Origin: the human T2T-CHM13v2.0 reference genome, Homo sapiens
Assembly (NCBI RefSeq): GCF_009914755.1
Contig: NC_060934.1
Strand: one strand, 5' to 3'
Length of the DNA stretch: 64,000 nt
Part shown: positions 31,378-44,475 of the stretch, piece by piece
How positions within the stretch are numbered: position 1 is the stretch's first letter
How the letters are laid out: every line of letters begins with the position of its first letter
Notes under the pieces: model-generated
What the model was told of the DNA's origin: nothing
Database searches by the model: none
The model's input: only the letters and a program-made list of their open reading frames with translations
Made by a program: the position numbers and the translations under genes

Positions 31378-33730
31378 GTAAGTGCAGCAGAAGTTTGCGT
31401 CGGTTGCCCCGCCGCTCCCCCAGCGCGAGTGGGAGGCACATCTCCCCTCCTTGGATAAGGAAACCGAGGGGAGACTTACAAGGGAGCCTTGCGCGGGAGA
31501 GCAAGTGAGCGTTTCGAGAGAGGGCAAGGACCCCCCCAGGAGGGCCAGGCCGGGAGGGGTCCCGGTGCGGTGATGGGGTGCCAAAAGGAGAAGACCCCCA
31601 ACTGGGAGGAGGGACTGGAGAGGAACCGGACCCCGGGGATCTCAGAAAGGGAAGGATGTGGGGAGAGTGAAGGTGGAGGCAGTCACACCTATCCTGGTGA
31701 CCTTGGCGTGCCCCCCTGGAGTGGCGAGCCAGGGGCTTATATAGGTGCGACTAGGATGTTGCCTCGTTTTTCACTCGGGGCTGCGAAGAGGGCATTGCTC
31801 TTTCTGATGGCTGGAAGACAGGGGCAAGGAGAGAGAGAACCGGCCCCGAGACGGGCTGGAGGGTGGGGACACTGGGGAGTTTGGAGCTGGGGGTTCGGAG
31901 TGGGAGGTTTGGGTCTTCTGAGACGCTCCAGACTCTCCGGAGGCGGCAGAGGTCGAGGCAGGAGGCGAATGTGACGCTTAGGGTCGCTACGGTTGATGTT
32001 GGGCGCCTTTGGAAGCTGGTCATTAATTCTTGTCATCGGGAGGTTTCGCGGAGGGCGACAGCGCCCGGGAGCAGGGTGACCCCCACAGCGGCCGGCCTTC
32101 CGGCTGGCTGCCCTCCCCGCTCGCCGCTCTCCCCGCGCCGCTGCGGGTCCTCCGAGACCCCGGACTGTCCTGAGCTGCTTCGAGGGCGGGCGAGACCCTG
32201 TCTGTTCAAAAGAGACCCTCGAGACCCTCGACATTCTGCTCACTTCTTTTCGGGGGCATGTTTAGCTCTTTTGGGCTCTCTCCTTCCTAATGGGATTCTC
32301 CCAAGGAGGTTTTCTTCTTTAACTGACCCTACTTCTCATAGGGGAAAAAAGTTCTTGGAATCTGCCCTCGTCCTAGGGTCAGAGCCCTGCAGAGGGCAGG
32401 CGAGGACGGCGTGGGCCAGCTCGCCTACCCTGCTCTCACCTGGGGAGGGTTCTCAGGAATTTGATATTAAATTTGATGAAACGATCCTAGGAAAGTGGCT
32501 AAGGCATCTTCTCCGAGAGTAGGAGTTTCTGTGCTTCGGGAATGGAAATCCCACTTAGCTTCTGATACCAAGTCTACACTTCGGAGAGAGAGGGAGATAG
32601 TTAATTAAAAACTGATTCAATTGAGTTGAAGACAAAAGTCATTTGTAATGCATCCTGGTCACCCAATTTCACTCCATCCCTCCCATACACTTTATGGGGC
32701 CCAACTATGTATGTGCCAGACATTGTGCTAGATGCTCCTGCAACAGAGATGATTCATGTGTGGTCTCAGCACTTTGGGAGCTTACAGTCTGTGCTAGAAG
32801 TGGTTTGGAAAGAAGGTGAAGATGCTTGCTCTACAGGGAAGGGCAGGTGCTACCTGGTTTTAACCACAATGACTCACACTCGCAGCCCATTAAGTGTATG
32901 GACAAATATTTGCAAGACGGTATCCTCCTTGAAGGCGGGATACTGTCATTCATCTTTGATTCCCAGAGACCACCACTGCACCTGCACATAGTAGGTCATC
33001 AGCAAGTACTGTTAAATGAATAAATGAATGCATGAATTATGCATAGTTAAAAGTAACCTAACGAAAACTGTCATGCTAGGGGAACATGTCAAGAAGAGAC
33101 TGAAATAAAGGGAATTGGAGAAGGCAAGAGGGAAGAGAAAATAAGGTTCATGAACGTTCGAAAGTGTATATCCTTAAACAAGTGTTTGTTTTCTATCTTT
33201 ATGCAATGGAAATTACCAGCACCCATCTCCGTTCTCTATGAAATACGTGCATCTCTGAACACTTAGATTGTAAATGCCATTTTTAGAGCAGAGTCTCTGT
33301 TAACTTACCATGCAGAGATCACAATACCCTTCTCATGTGGCTGTGTTGATAATAAGATGATTGGAATGTGTCTAGGTAGTGAGGCAGATGGGTGAAAAAT
33401 ACTTTAGGATTATAAGAATTCCTTCACGTATCTAATAATATTTTGCTATTAATGTATGAATTTATACCCTTGTGCTTTAAACGTACTTCATTTAAACCTC
33501 ATTAAAATATGCATATATTGATTTTACTAGTGAAGATTAAACACATATATGGAAGACTTTCCTTGGTTTTATTAATTGAGCCCAAGTTACTATTGCAGTA
33601 CGGTAGAAGGTGATAAATTCCAAGGTGAGTAATAAGGATTCCATCCCCCTCCACCCCCTGCCAAATTTAGTTTCATTATTCATTATTTCAGAAAACTAAG
33701 GCTTCATAGTTTTTTAAAAGTGCACAACAA

Positions 33731-34069
<339 letters not shown>

Positions 34070-34928
34070 TCAGTGTTTATCAATGATAATTATAACTCAG
34101 TAATTTGAGTCAAGAGTTTATAGGCATTAATACTGGTTTTAGTTTTTGGAAACTTTTCAGTGCTATGTGATTTGGGGCAATTTGTAGAATATTTGTAAAT
34201 TTTATTTTCTCTACTTACAAAATGAGATTATTGTAATTACATGATTTAATTAGGCACTGAAAATCAAAATATGTTGATGTAGAGCATTGCTTTGTTTGGG
34301 GCTTTGTATTCTGTAGTTAATGTCATTAATTTAGTATACCAACACTGAGAAGCAATTTGTAATTTGTGAATAGGAAAAAAATAGTATATTTTCCATTATT
34401 GAGTATCTTGCAGATATTTAAGACATCAGAGCTCTAGGAAGAGTATTGTGATTGTGGATAATTTATGGTGGCTTAAAATTTATATTGTAGAAGTAAATGT
34501 AAAGAAATACTAAAAATGGTAGCTAAATGTTGGAATTCTTTAACCAAACATTGAGATGTTTCTTCTGTGGTAGATCTTTGATTTGGATTATTTCCAGAAC
34601 TGCACTGTTAGATCAAATGACAATTTGAGTGAGTCTTGAAATTTGGCAAGAAGCACACTCTAGGAGGCAGAAGTTTATTTTGGAAATTTAGTTAAGGGAC
34701 AGAAATGCTGAGGTTATAGGAATGTGGGGTCGTAGATTACCGAGTTTAGAAAATATCTGGCCTCATTTTGCAGATGAGAAAACTGGAGCCAAAATAGTGA
34801 AGGGTCTGCATTTCCCAGGATCACACTCAAATGCATGAGTCCCTTATGTTGTCGACCGTAGGCTTAAGAGAAAAATCACACATTCAGGATACCTAAATCC
34901 AGGGGCAGTCTAACGGATCGGCTATCCT

Positions 34929-35167
34929 ATTTTTTTTTCCTTTTTGAGACAGGGTCTTGCTCTATCGTCCAAGCTAGAGTACAGTGGCATGATCTCTGCT
35001 TACTGTAGCCTCAACCTCCTGGGCTCAAGCAATCCTCCGATCTCAGCCTCCCAAGTAGCTAGGACTGCAAGTGTACACCACCGTGCCTGGCTACTTTTTG
35101 TAGGCACAGCCTCCTGCCTCAGACTCCCAAAGTGCTGGGCTTACAGGCATGAGCCACTGCACCTGGC
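34929..35167 (-). mobile_element. AluJ with internal deletion
   Basis: Right arm complete; left arm missing its central part after ttttgtaggcacag. Confidence 0.8.
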
Positions 35168-35760
35168 TGGGTCTGCTATCCTTGAATTTGTCTTTTCTCT
35201 CATTCTCTCTGGCTCACACCGTCCAGTTGCTCCCATCTCTGAGAGCGGTCTCCCATGCCAACCCCCTACTTTCACTGCTCCTTCTGCCTGATCAGGTCCT
35301 TCTGAGGACAGGGCAGCAAAGGACTTGGTTGGGGTCCTGTGGCTCCCAGTCTCAGACACGGGCCTGGTCCTAGGCAGAGCTGTGAAGTCAGTGAAGCTTG
35401 GACTGGGTGTTCCCCACATCTTCTTTCCTACATGTGGACACCAATGTACATCAAAGAATCACAGTTTCAGACACAGAAGGGACTGCGAAGACCATCTGGT
35501 TCATTTTAGAGATGAGGGAACTTGGGCCCAGAAAACGTTCTGTAGTTTTCATGACACAGCCATGGTCAGGATCTCCTGGGTGGTATTGGTGCTCCTTTTG
35601 ACTGCTTGTGCTCTCTTCTCCATTGGATGGTGCTTGCATCTGATCACTCCATAAAGTGAGCATGTGGACTCTGGAAGGAGGCACCTGTGTCAAGTTCCAA
35701 CCCTGTCTCTCCCCACCTATGCAACTATGGGCAAATTACTGAAGTTGTCCAATACTTCCC

Positions 35761-35932
35761 TTTCTTTTTCTTTTCCTTTTTTTTAGAGACTGGGTTTCTC
35801 TTTGTCACCCAGGCTGGAGTGCACCATTTCAATCATAGCTCACTGCAGCCTCGAACTCTTGGGCTCAAGTGATCCTCACACCTTGGCCTCCCAAAGTGCT
35901 GGGATTACAGGCATGAGCCACTGTGCCCAGCC
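35761..35932 (-). mobile_element. Alu monomer (FRAM-like or collapsed AluJ)
   Basis: Single arm from gagactgggtttctc to gagccactgtgcccagcc. Confidence 0.75.
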
Positions 35933-35989
35933 ATTGCTTTCTTTATTAATAATTTTTTATTTGTTTTGTTTTATAGCTTAATATAATTG

Positions 35990-37285
35990 CTTTTCCTCCA
36001 GATCGTAAGTTTTAAGAAGGGAAGGAACCAAGTGTTTCTTGCTCACTACAGGTCTAAGACCTAGCATACTGTTTGGCACACAATGGACACTTGATGAAAA
36101 TTTGTTGAATAAAGGAGTAAATGAATAAAAGAATGAGTGAGTGAAGTATGCATCACTTAGATAGAACTGGAATCTTAATCATGAGAGCCACAGCCTTCTA
36201 AAGATTCTAACTGTGAAGTACTGTTTCCTTTGCTAACATTACTTTATGGATAGACGTGACCCTAATATGCCTGCTCCCTGCTTCTCTCACTTATTCCTTC
36301 TCTCAGTAAGTGGCAGCCCCATTTTTGTCATTACTTGAGCCAAAAACCTCGGAGTCATCCTCTTACAGAAAGCATTCAACCCATTAACCAATCCTGCAGC
36401 TAGGCCTTCATTATGTAATCCCAATCTGACCAGTTATCACCACATCCCTTCCTGGCAGCCGAGACCAAGCTGCAGTCATATCCCTGAATTATTGCAGTGA
36501 CTTCCCAACCTCTCTCTGCTTCCATCCTTGTACCACCCCCAAAGTCTAGATTCCATACACAGCCACAGCAATACTACTAACACATAAGGCAAATAATGTG
36601 ACTCCTCTGCTTAAATTTTATAATATTTTCCCATTTCTCTCATAGTAAAAAAAAAAAAGCCCTTACAATTACAAATAAGATTCTACATGATCTACCTGCT
36701 CTGACTTTCTGATTTCTCTACAACTTCCCTCTTTAATCACCATGCTTCCACCACATTGCCATCTTCCTGTTCCAATAACACACCACACTTGCTGTCATCT
36801 AAGTAACTTTGAACTTATCTTTGAACTTCTCCAGATAACCTGCTTGACTTCTCCACTTCCTTCAAATGTTTTCTCAAGTTCATCTTTTCAATAAGGTCTT
36901 TCTTGGCTACACTATTTTAAATTACATCCATCTAACTTTCTATCCTTTTTTGCACTAATTTCCCTTTTAGCTCTTTGGCTATAAGAAATTCCATACATTT
37001 GATTCACTTCCATCTTTTGTTTCTCTCCCCTACTAGAAGGTAAACTCCATAAAGGAAGAGATTTTTTTTTTCTGTTTTGCTCATTTCTGAATCCCTAGTG
37101 GCTAGAACAATTCCTGCCACATAGAAGGTAGTCTGTAAATATTTCTTGAATAAATAAATGGGAATAAAATAGTACCTATATCATAGAGTCTTGTTATGAT
37201 TAAATGAAACCATGCACATTGAGTGTTTAGCACAGCGTCTGGCACTTGGTACATGTTTATTTAGTATAAGACATTATTATTATGG
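35990..37285 (+). mobile_element. L2 fragments followed by MIR
   Basis: L2 3' ends (aatttgttgaataaagg; aaatatttcttgaataaataaatg), L2 body ~36250-37160, and MIR core (aaatgggaataaaatagtacct...ttaaatga). Confidence 0.65.
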
Positions 37286-38807
37286 TGTCATCTCAGTTCT
37301 CCTGGCCTTTTAGTCCCTCTTCTGGCCAGAATTGTGGTCAGAGGCAGAACTCTTCTAGAATCCCTAATACTATTTTTGGAAATGACTTTGAAGAAGTCCC
37401 AATGGCTGTTTACATCTGCTGCTGAAGATAAGTAGGAAATAAATGCATTTATCTCTCCAAGATATGGCATAATCCTTTCCGTGAAATACTTTCTGTCTTA
37501 GGGATGCTGGAAGGTTGCGGTTGTGCCTTTCATCCTCAGGGTGAGAGAGCCACATTCTCTCATGTCCATGCAAGTCGTCCTCAAATGGGTTGGCCACCTG
37601 TCTTGGTTTTTCACAACTTTCCTGTCTCTCACTTTTGGGTTTGCCTCTTGCTGGTCTTAACATAGCTGTTCTCACTGATGGCCTCCTGAACCAGCAAAGT
37701 TTAGCTGGAGGAGTTATGAGGTCGTATCAATTAACCAATGAAGCATTACATGAACAACAAAAACTAATAATAAAATGACCCCTGTAAAGCCCTCCCTAGG
37801 GCTAGTAATAGCCTGTATAAATAGCCTAAATAAATACTTCTTACTTGCTTAATAATAGCCTGTAGCTGTTTAAATGCCCTGTTGTCTGGGTTGATAGGAT
37901 ATTTTCACAGCTTTACCAGGACATTGTGAGCAGATATTGCGTGTACGTGTTAAAGTTTAGTACCTTATTACATTTATGTATAAATTAGCATACTATACAG
38001 ATCGTAATTCCTACTAGCTCAAAGCAGTCAAATTTTAGAAGTTGACTCCACAAATAGCACCTTCAGTCCTGAGTGTTTACAATGGTTTTGCTTTACCAGA
38101 GAAAAATGTCATGTTGTGCCCATTTTTCATGCTAGAAATAGAAAGAGAGCCTTGGGTTTAGTACTTGTAGGTTACCAGGTCTTTTCTTAGCCTGCTCCAT
38201 GACCTTGTCCAATTTCCATTAGATTACAGTGGCTTTTCTGGAGCCAGGAAAAGTTACTACAGCAGCAAAAATGGGGCCAACAACCTTAAAGTGCAGCATA
38301 TCTATGAGAAATTCATTTTATTGTAACTGTAAAAGAGATGCAGACAGTACAGTTCTTTAGGGAAGAGGGAGAGAAGAGAAGTGAACAGAGAACTTGGGGT
38401 GGGTGGGAGGAATTTGGACTCCAGTTATAATCATACAATGAGACAATGAAATGAAAGAGGGAGTGACTTTCTAAGGGGTACACATTATTTTTTCTTTTGC
38501 CTAGTTCATAAACACATTTTATTCTGAACACTCTTCATAAGTAGGTTGTTGGGAAGTATTTTCTAATAGAAACAACATTATATGTGGAATGTAGGTTTCC
38601 AGCTGCCTTGGGGAAACCTATTTAATTTATGGCTGAGCATTCAAAAATAATACTATAGTTTGCTTTTTCATATGGGAAAATGAGTCTTAATTTGTAATTA
38701 ATAAAATCTTAATTGCCATCATGTTACACCATGAAGATTCAGGTTGGGCATTTTTGTAAGTAATCTCTTCCTTGACTCCTTGCTAGTTTACTTAACAGAA
38801 CAGGAGA

Positions 38808-38809
<2 letters not shown>

Positions 38810-38850
<41 letters not shown>
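38810..38850. repeat. (CA)n microsatellite
   Basis: Direct reading. Confidence 0.95.
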
Positions 38851-38852
<2 letters not shown>

Positions 38853-38985
38853 TATATTGTATTTTGTTGTGTATGATACATATATAAAACATACTTATAT
38901 AATCACTCTACTGAACAGACAATATCGAATCCACTTTATTTGCTACTTAAAAATTAACATAAATAATATTAAGTTAATAAAATGT

Positions 38986-39134
38986 AGCCTCCGGAGTAGC
39001 TGGGACTACAGGTGCATGCCACCTCGCCCGGTAATTTTTTGTATTTTTAGTAGAGACGGGGTTTCACCGTGTTAGCCAAGATGGTCTGGATCTCCTGACC
39101 TTGTGATCCGCCCGCCTCGGCCTCCCAAAGCGCT
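38986..39134 (-). mobile_element. Internal AluY/Sc fragment with no poly(A) tail and neither terminus
   Basis: agcctccggagtagctgggactacagg...ttagccaagatggtc...cctcccaaagcgct; CpGs largely retained. Confidence 0.88.
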
Positions 39135-39920
39135 TCTGGTTGCCTTTTTTTGCCCTCTGTATTCTGGTCCCTCGGGCTCCTTGATGCAAAGTGTGACCAG
39201 CCCTCCCCCTAGTGGCGATTAGAACATCTTCCCTCCATGCCCTGGTTAATGCCAGGAACTTGTTTTCACCTGCTATAGTCCTGGCATGTGGGCTGGGCGC
39301 TTCTCCTTCTCAGCAGTCTCCAGAGATCGGGAGTGGAGACCCTCCTGGCGGTCACCTATATGTATAGAGCAGAGAGATGTCCCAGCAAAGAAAGTGCAGT
39401 GTGGGAGTGGTGGAGGGAGGATCAGAGAGACACTTTGAGTCTGAAGTTTCTTTTCTTTGCAAGAACGGGACATTGCCCTATGTACTTCCTGATCTGCACC
39501 TAGCTTTATACCATGGCGTCCCATCTGCAAATTCCCTGTGGACTAAAAATCTGATTGTAGGTTTCTTCCCTGTTCTCTGATTTCTGAAAAGTACAAAGAC
39601 GACAAGATTTTCGGAAGGTTTTTATTTGAGATACGCTGGCTCTCTGCAGGGGGAAAAAAGCCCTGATTTGAACTGTTTGCCAATTTCTGTATCGTAAATA
39701 TTTCTGCTGTGGCCAATTACAACATGACATCAACTGACTTAAAAAGTCTTAAAAACTTAACAGTTGGCTCTCGTGAATATGTACAAACTGGTCCCCATAC
39801 TGCACTGTTTTCACGGCTAACAATGATGTAAAAGAAAGGGTATGTTTTCCTCTTATTCTTTCTCCTCCTCCTCCTCCCCTTTTCTTCTTGGTAAATGTAG
39901 AGAAAATAAAAGGTATAGAT

Positions 39921-40142
39921 CAGGGGGTCAGCAAACTTGTTGTATAAAGGCCCAGAGAGCAAACATATTTTAGACTTTGCAGTCCGCACTGATTTTTGTC
40001 ACATACTCTTTTTTATTTTTTAAAAAGTCCTTTGAAAATGTAAAAACTGCATTTTTGTTTTTGTATTGCCAAAGAGCAATACAAAAACAAAAACAGGTTG
40101 AGAGTTAGATTGGGTTTGTGGATCTTCATTTGCTGATCCTTG
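39921..40142. mobile_element. MER58-family hAT-Charlie MITE (MER58C-like)
   Basis: Terminal inverted repeats cagggggtcagcaaac ... tttgctgatccttg; degenerate 8-bp TSD gtatagat/gaatagaa. Confidence 0.75.
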
Positions 40143-40186
40143 GAATAGAACATCAGGGTGGGTCTTTGGAAACCGAGGACTGGTGT

Positions 40187-40282
40187 AATATATACAATAT
40201 ACTATATATATATACACAATATATATGTGTGTATGTACTTTGTATTATGCACACACATACACATATATGCATGTATGTGTGT

Positions 40283-40355
<73 letters not shown>
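40187..40355. repeat. Compound (TA)/(TG)n/(TA)21 microsatellite
   Basis: Direct reading; pure TA run at 40314-40355. Confidence 0.95.
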
Positions 40356-40359
<4 letters not shown>

Positions 40360-40419
40360 GCTCAGTGGTAAATAAGGAGAAATATGACCCCAGGGCTTCT
40401 TTTTTTCTTTCCTTTCTTT

Positions 40420-42900
40420 TTTAAAAAACAGCTTTATTGAGATATAATTCTTATAGTGTAGAATTCATCCATTTAAAGAGTATAGTTGCATTTTTAAAAA
40501 CAAATTTATAAGGTCATGCAACTACCACCACTATCTAATTTTGGAACATTTTCATCTCCCCTAAAAGAAACTCCCCTACCCAGTAGTTGCGGTTCCCTTC
40601 TTACCTTCCAGCCTGTCAGCCCCTGAAAACTGCTCATCTACTTTCTGTTTCTATGGATTTGCTGATTTTGGACATTTCATGTATATGGAATCATAACAGT
40701 ATTTATCCTTTTGTGATTGGCTTCTTTCACTCTGCGTAATGTTTTAACTGTTCATCTGTGTTGTTGCATGTGTCATTAATTCCTTTCTTTTTATTGCCAA
40801 ATAAAAGTTCATTGTATGGATATACCACATTTTATTGTCCATTTATCAGTTTATGGACATCTAGGTTGCTTCCAATGTTTGGCTATTATGAATAATGCTG
40901 CTATAAAGACTAAAATACAAGTCTTTTTATGGGTATATGTCTGTATTTCTCCTGGATAGACCCCTAGTAGTGGAGTTATTGGGTGATATGATAACTATGT
41001 TTAGCATTTTAAAGAACTGTCAAACTGGTTTCCAGAGCAGCTGCATCATCTTACATTCTTGCTGTCAATATGAGGGTTCCATTTTCCTCACATCTTTGCC
41101 AATACTTAACTCTTTTTTTGAGGATAGTCATCTTTCTGGATTTGAAATGGTATCTTGTGGTTTTGACTTGCATTTCGCTAATGACTAATGAGGTTAGGTA
41201 TCTTTTCATGTGCTTATTGGACATTTGCATATCTTCTTTGGAGAAATGTCTATTCAAATTCATTGTCAACTTTTAAATTGGTTTGTCTTTTTATTATTGA
41301 GTGAGTTGTTAAGTGTTCTTTATTTTAGGTACAAGTTTCTTGCAAATATTTTCTCTCTTCCTGTAGGTTTTCTTTTCAGTTTCCTGATGGTTTATTTTGC
41401 AACACAAAAGTTTTAATATGTTGATGAAGTACAATTATCTGTTTTTTTTCTTTTGTTGCTTGTGCAACAAATGCAGATTCATTAAGATTTATTCCTGTGT
41501 TTTCTTCTAAAAGTTTTGTAATTTTAGCTCTCTTAATTTGTCTACATTTTATTTTAAGTAAAGATTTTTGTATATGGTGTGAGGAAGGGATTCAACTTTA
41601 TTTTTATGCATGTGGATATTCAATTGTCCCAGCAACATTTGTGAAAAGTAATCAAATTTTCTTGACAGCCTTGTTGAAATCAATTGACCATAAATGTGAG
41701 GGTTTATTTATGGGGTCTTAATGTTATTTTATTGATCTGTATGTTCATTTTTATGCCAGTACCACATTATCTTGGATACTGTAGCTTTGAAATAAGTTTT
41801 TAAATTGGAAATTGTGAGTTATTCAACTTTGTTCTTATTTTTTAAGATTGTTTTGGCTATCTCAGTACTTGAGTTTCCACATACATTTTAGGGCCTGCTT
41901 ATCAATTTCTGTGAAAAAGAAAAAAATAAACAGAGAGACAGCGCCAGCTGGGGTTGTGGTAGGAATGGTGTTTAGTCTATAGATCAATTTGGGAAGTAAT
42001 GTCATCTTAACAATATCAATTCATTTGATACATGAGCATGGTATGGCTTTCCATTTATTAAGGTCTTAATTTTTTTCAACATTGTTGCATAGTTTTAAGA
42101 GTATACATTTTACATAAATTTTGTTAAATTGATTTTTAAGTATTTTATTTTAAATGTTGTTGTAAATGGAATTGTTTGCTTAATTTGATTTTTGAATTGT
42201 TCATTGCTAGTATATGAAAACACAATTGCTTTTTTTTATATTGGTCTTGTGCTCTGCAACCTTGCTAAACAAATTTATTTGTTTTAATAGCTTTTTGGTA
42301 GATTTTTAAAGGATTTTCTCTATGCATGATCATGTCATCTGTGAATAGACAGTTTTATTTATTTCTTTCTAATCTAGATGTGTTTTTCTACCTCCCTCCC
42401 TTTTTTACTTCCTTGCCTAATTGTCCTCGCTAGGTCCTGTAATACAATGTTAAACAGAAGTAGCACAGGTGGACATCCTTGTCTTGTTCTGGATCTTAGA
42501 AGTAAAAGCACCCAGTCTTTCACCATTAAGTATAATGCTAGCTGTAGGTTTTCCACAAATACACTTTATCAGGTTGAGGAAGTTCTCTTTCTCTTCCTAC
42601 TTTGTTGAGTGTTTCTATCATGAAATGGTATTGGATTTTTTGAAATGCTTTTTCTGTATCCATTAAGATGATTATTTGATTTTTATTCTTTATTATATTA
42701 ATATTACATATTAACTAATTTTTGATACTAAACCAACCTTGCATTCTTGGGATAAATTCTACTTGATTATGTTGTACAATCCTTTTCATATGTTGCTGGA
42801 CTTAGTTTGTTGAGAATTTTTGTCTATATTCATAAGAGATATTGGTCTGTAATTTTCTTGTGATATTTTTGTCTGGTTTGAGTGTCAGGATAAAAGTGAC
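40420..42900 (-). mobile_element. L1MB-like 3' 2.5 kb
   Basis: cagctttattgagatataattc 3' end; minus-strand ORF remnants ([18 protein letters not shown]; RSRTRQGCP..LLFNIVL). Confidence 0.85.
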
Positions 42901-43617
42901 TTTCTCCTTCTATTTTTCATTCTTAACACTGCTGTTCAGGCACTTTTGGGACATGTAAGATGAAGGGAAGAGAAGGAAGTCTAGGGCTGATAGTGAGTTC
43001 CAGTCAGCAGTATGGAAGAGGGGAGGAAAACCCTAAATAGATTCTATAGTGGGCCAAAGATTCTTGGCTGCCACATGGACACCAGGCGGGGACCTGTTAT
43101 TGGGTATATCCTATGTAAAGAATGTGTCCTGTTCTGTTCTTTTTATACACATATTCATTCAGAATATTTATTGATCACCAGCTGCTATCTAATAAGAAGT
43201 AAACTTATTACCAAAAAGTTTAAATAGACCTGACTCCTGTCCTATGAGAACATATAGGTTAAAGGGGTAGGAAGACACAATAGAATAATTACAAACTAAA
43301 TGTAAAATTACAGCTATGATTTGTATGATGAAGGGAAGATTCCTGGTGCTGTGAGAGCATATAATATAGGGGTTTGGTCTGGTGTTCTGGCGGTGGGAAT
43401 AACATACCCCAAGGCCCTGCTTTAGGAAGAAGTGAAGGAAGGCCAGTGCTGGGGGAACACAGAGAGCAGGAGGAAGGGAAATAATGGGAAGGAGAAAGTA
43501 AAAAGAACCAGGCTACCTGCGGCCTGGAAGTCTGGTGATAGGCCCATGTCATTATCCTCAGAGCAGTGTGTTTTCACTTTTAAAATGTCTGTTTCTGAAG
43601 AACTGGGGGCCATTGCC

Positions 43618-43890
43618 TAAATGAAATAACCCAGAAACAGAAAGTCAAATACTACACTTATAAGTGGGAGCGAAACAATGGCCACATACAGGGTGGAATA
43701 GTAGACACTGGAGGCTCCAAAAGGTGAGAAAATGGGAGGGTGTGAGGGTTGAAAAATTACCTGTTAGATACAATGTTCACTATTTGGGAGATGTGTCCAC
43801 TGAAAGTCCGGACTTTACCACTACACAATATATCCTTGTAAGAAAACTGCATTTGTACCTCCTAAATCTCTAAAATAAAAATTTTTTTAA
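43618..43890 (+). mobile_element. L1MA-type 3' end
   Basis: gaaataacccagaaacagaaagtcaaatac...aaaactgcatttgtacctcctaaatctctaaaataaaa. Confidence 0.75.
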
Positions 43891-44113
43891 AGGCAAAAAT
43901 TAAAATGTCCTTGTCTGGATTCACCAGTTTTATTTTGGTTTCAGGTTTTCCTTCAAGAAGGAAATGTCATTCACGATTTCTGCTCTTTCCATTCCAGTTC
44001 TTTACATTTTTGAGACTCAAAGTGGAGGCAAGAGAGAAATGGAATTGAATGAAGGATTTGAAAATTGCTTTCAAAAGGCTGGTCACAGAGGGAAGGAAGG
44101 GAGAAAAGCAGGG

Positions 44114-44475
44114 TGTATTAGTCCATTTTCATGCTGCTGATAAAGACATACCTGAGACTGGATAATTTATAAAGAAAAATAAGTTTAATGGACTTACAGT
44201 TCAATGTGGCTGGGGAGGCCTCACAATCATGGCAGAAGACAAAAGGTACCTCTTACATGGCAGCAGACAAGAGAGAATGAGAGCCAAGTGAAAGGGGCTT
44301 CCCCTATAAAATCAGATCTCATGGGACTTACTTATTCACTACCACGAGAACAGTATGGGGGAAACCACCTCCGTGATTCCATTATCTCCTACCAGGTCCC
44401 TCCCACAACATGTGGGAATTATGGGAGCTGCAATTCAAGATGAGATTTGGGTGTGCTCATAGCCAAACCCTATTA
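44114..44475 (-). mobile_element. THE1 (THE1B-like) solo LTR
   Basis: tgtattagtccattttcatgctgctgataaagacatacc...gagatttgggtg; 5-bp TSD caggg on both sides. Confidence 0.9.

Larger units (their letters stand above)
29590..32420. promoter_or_regulatory. CpG island / promoter region
   Basis: Abrupt rise in GC and CpG density (core ~30300-32260), no interspersed repeats, GC boxes (ccccgccc, gggcgggg) and splice donors. Confidence 0.9.

Noticed and set aside
29468-32522. Many long overlapping ORFs (up to 247 aa) on both strands, including a 99-aa ATG ORF at 32036-31737 (-)
   Set aside because: Expected from stop-codon scarcity in a GC-rich island; Arg/Pro/Gly/Ala-rich, no recognisable domain, weak or non-ATG starts.
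33599-33630. Possible 26-nt + strand cassette exon ending AAG|GTGAGT
   Set aside because: Poor acceptor; isolated donors occur at background frequency in this intron.
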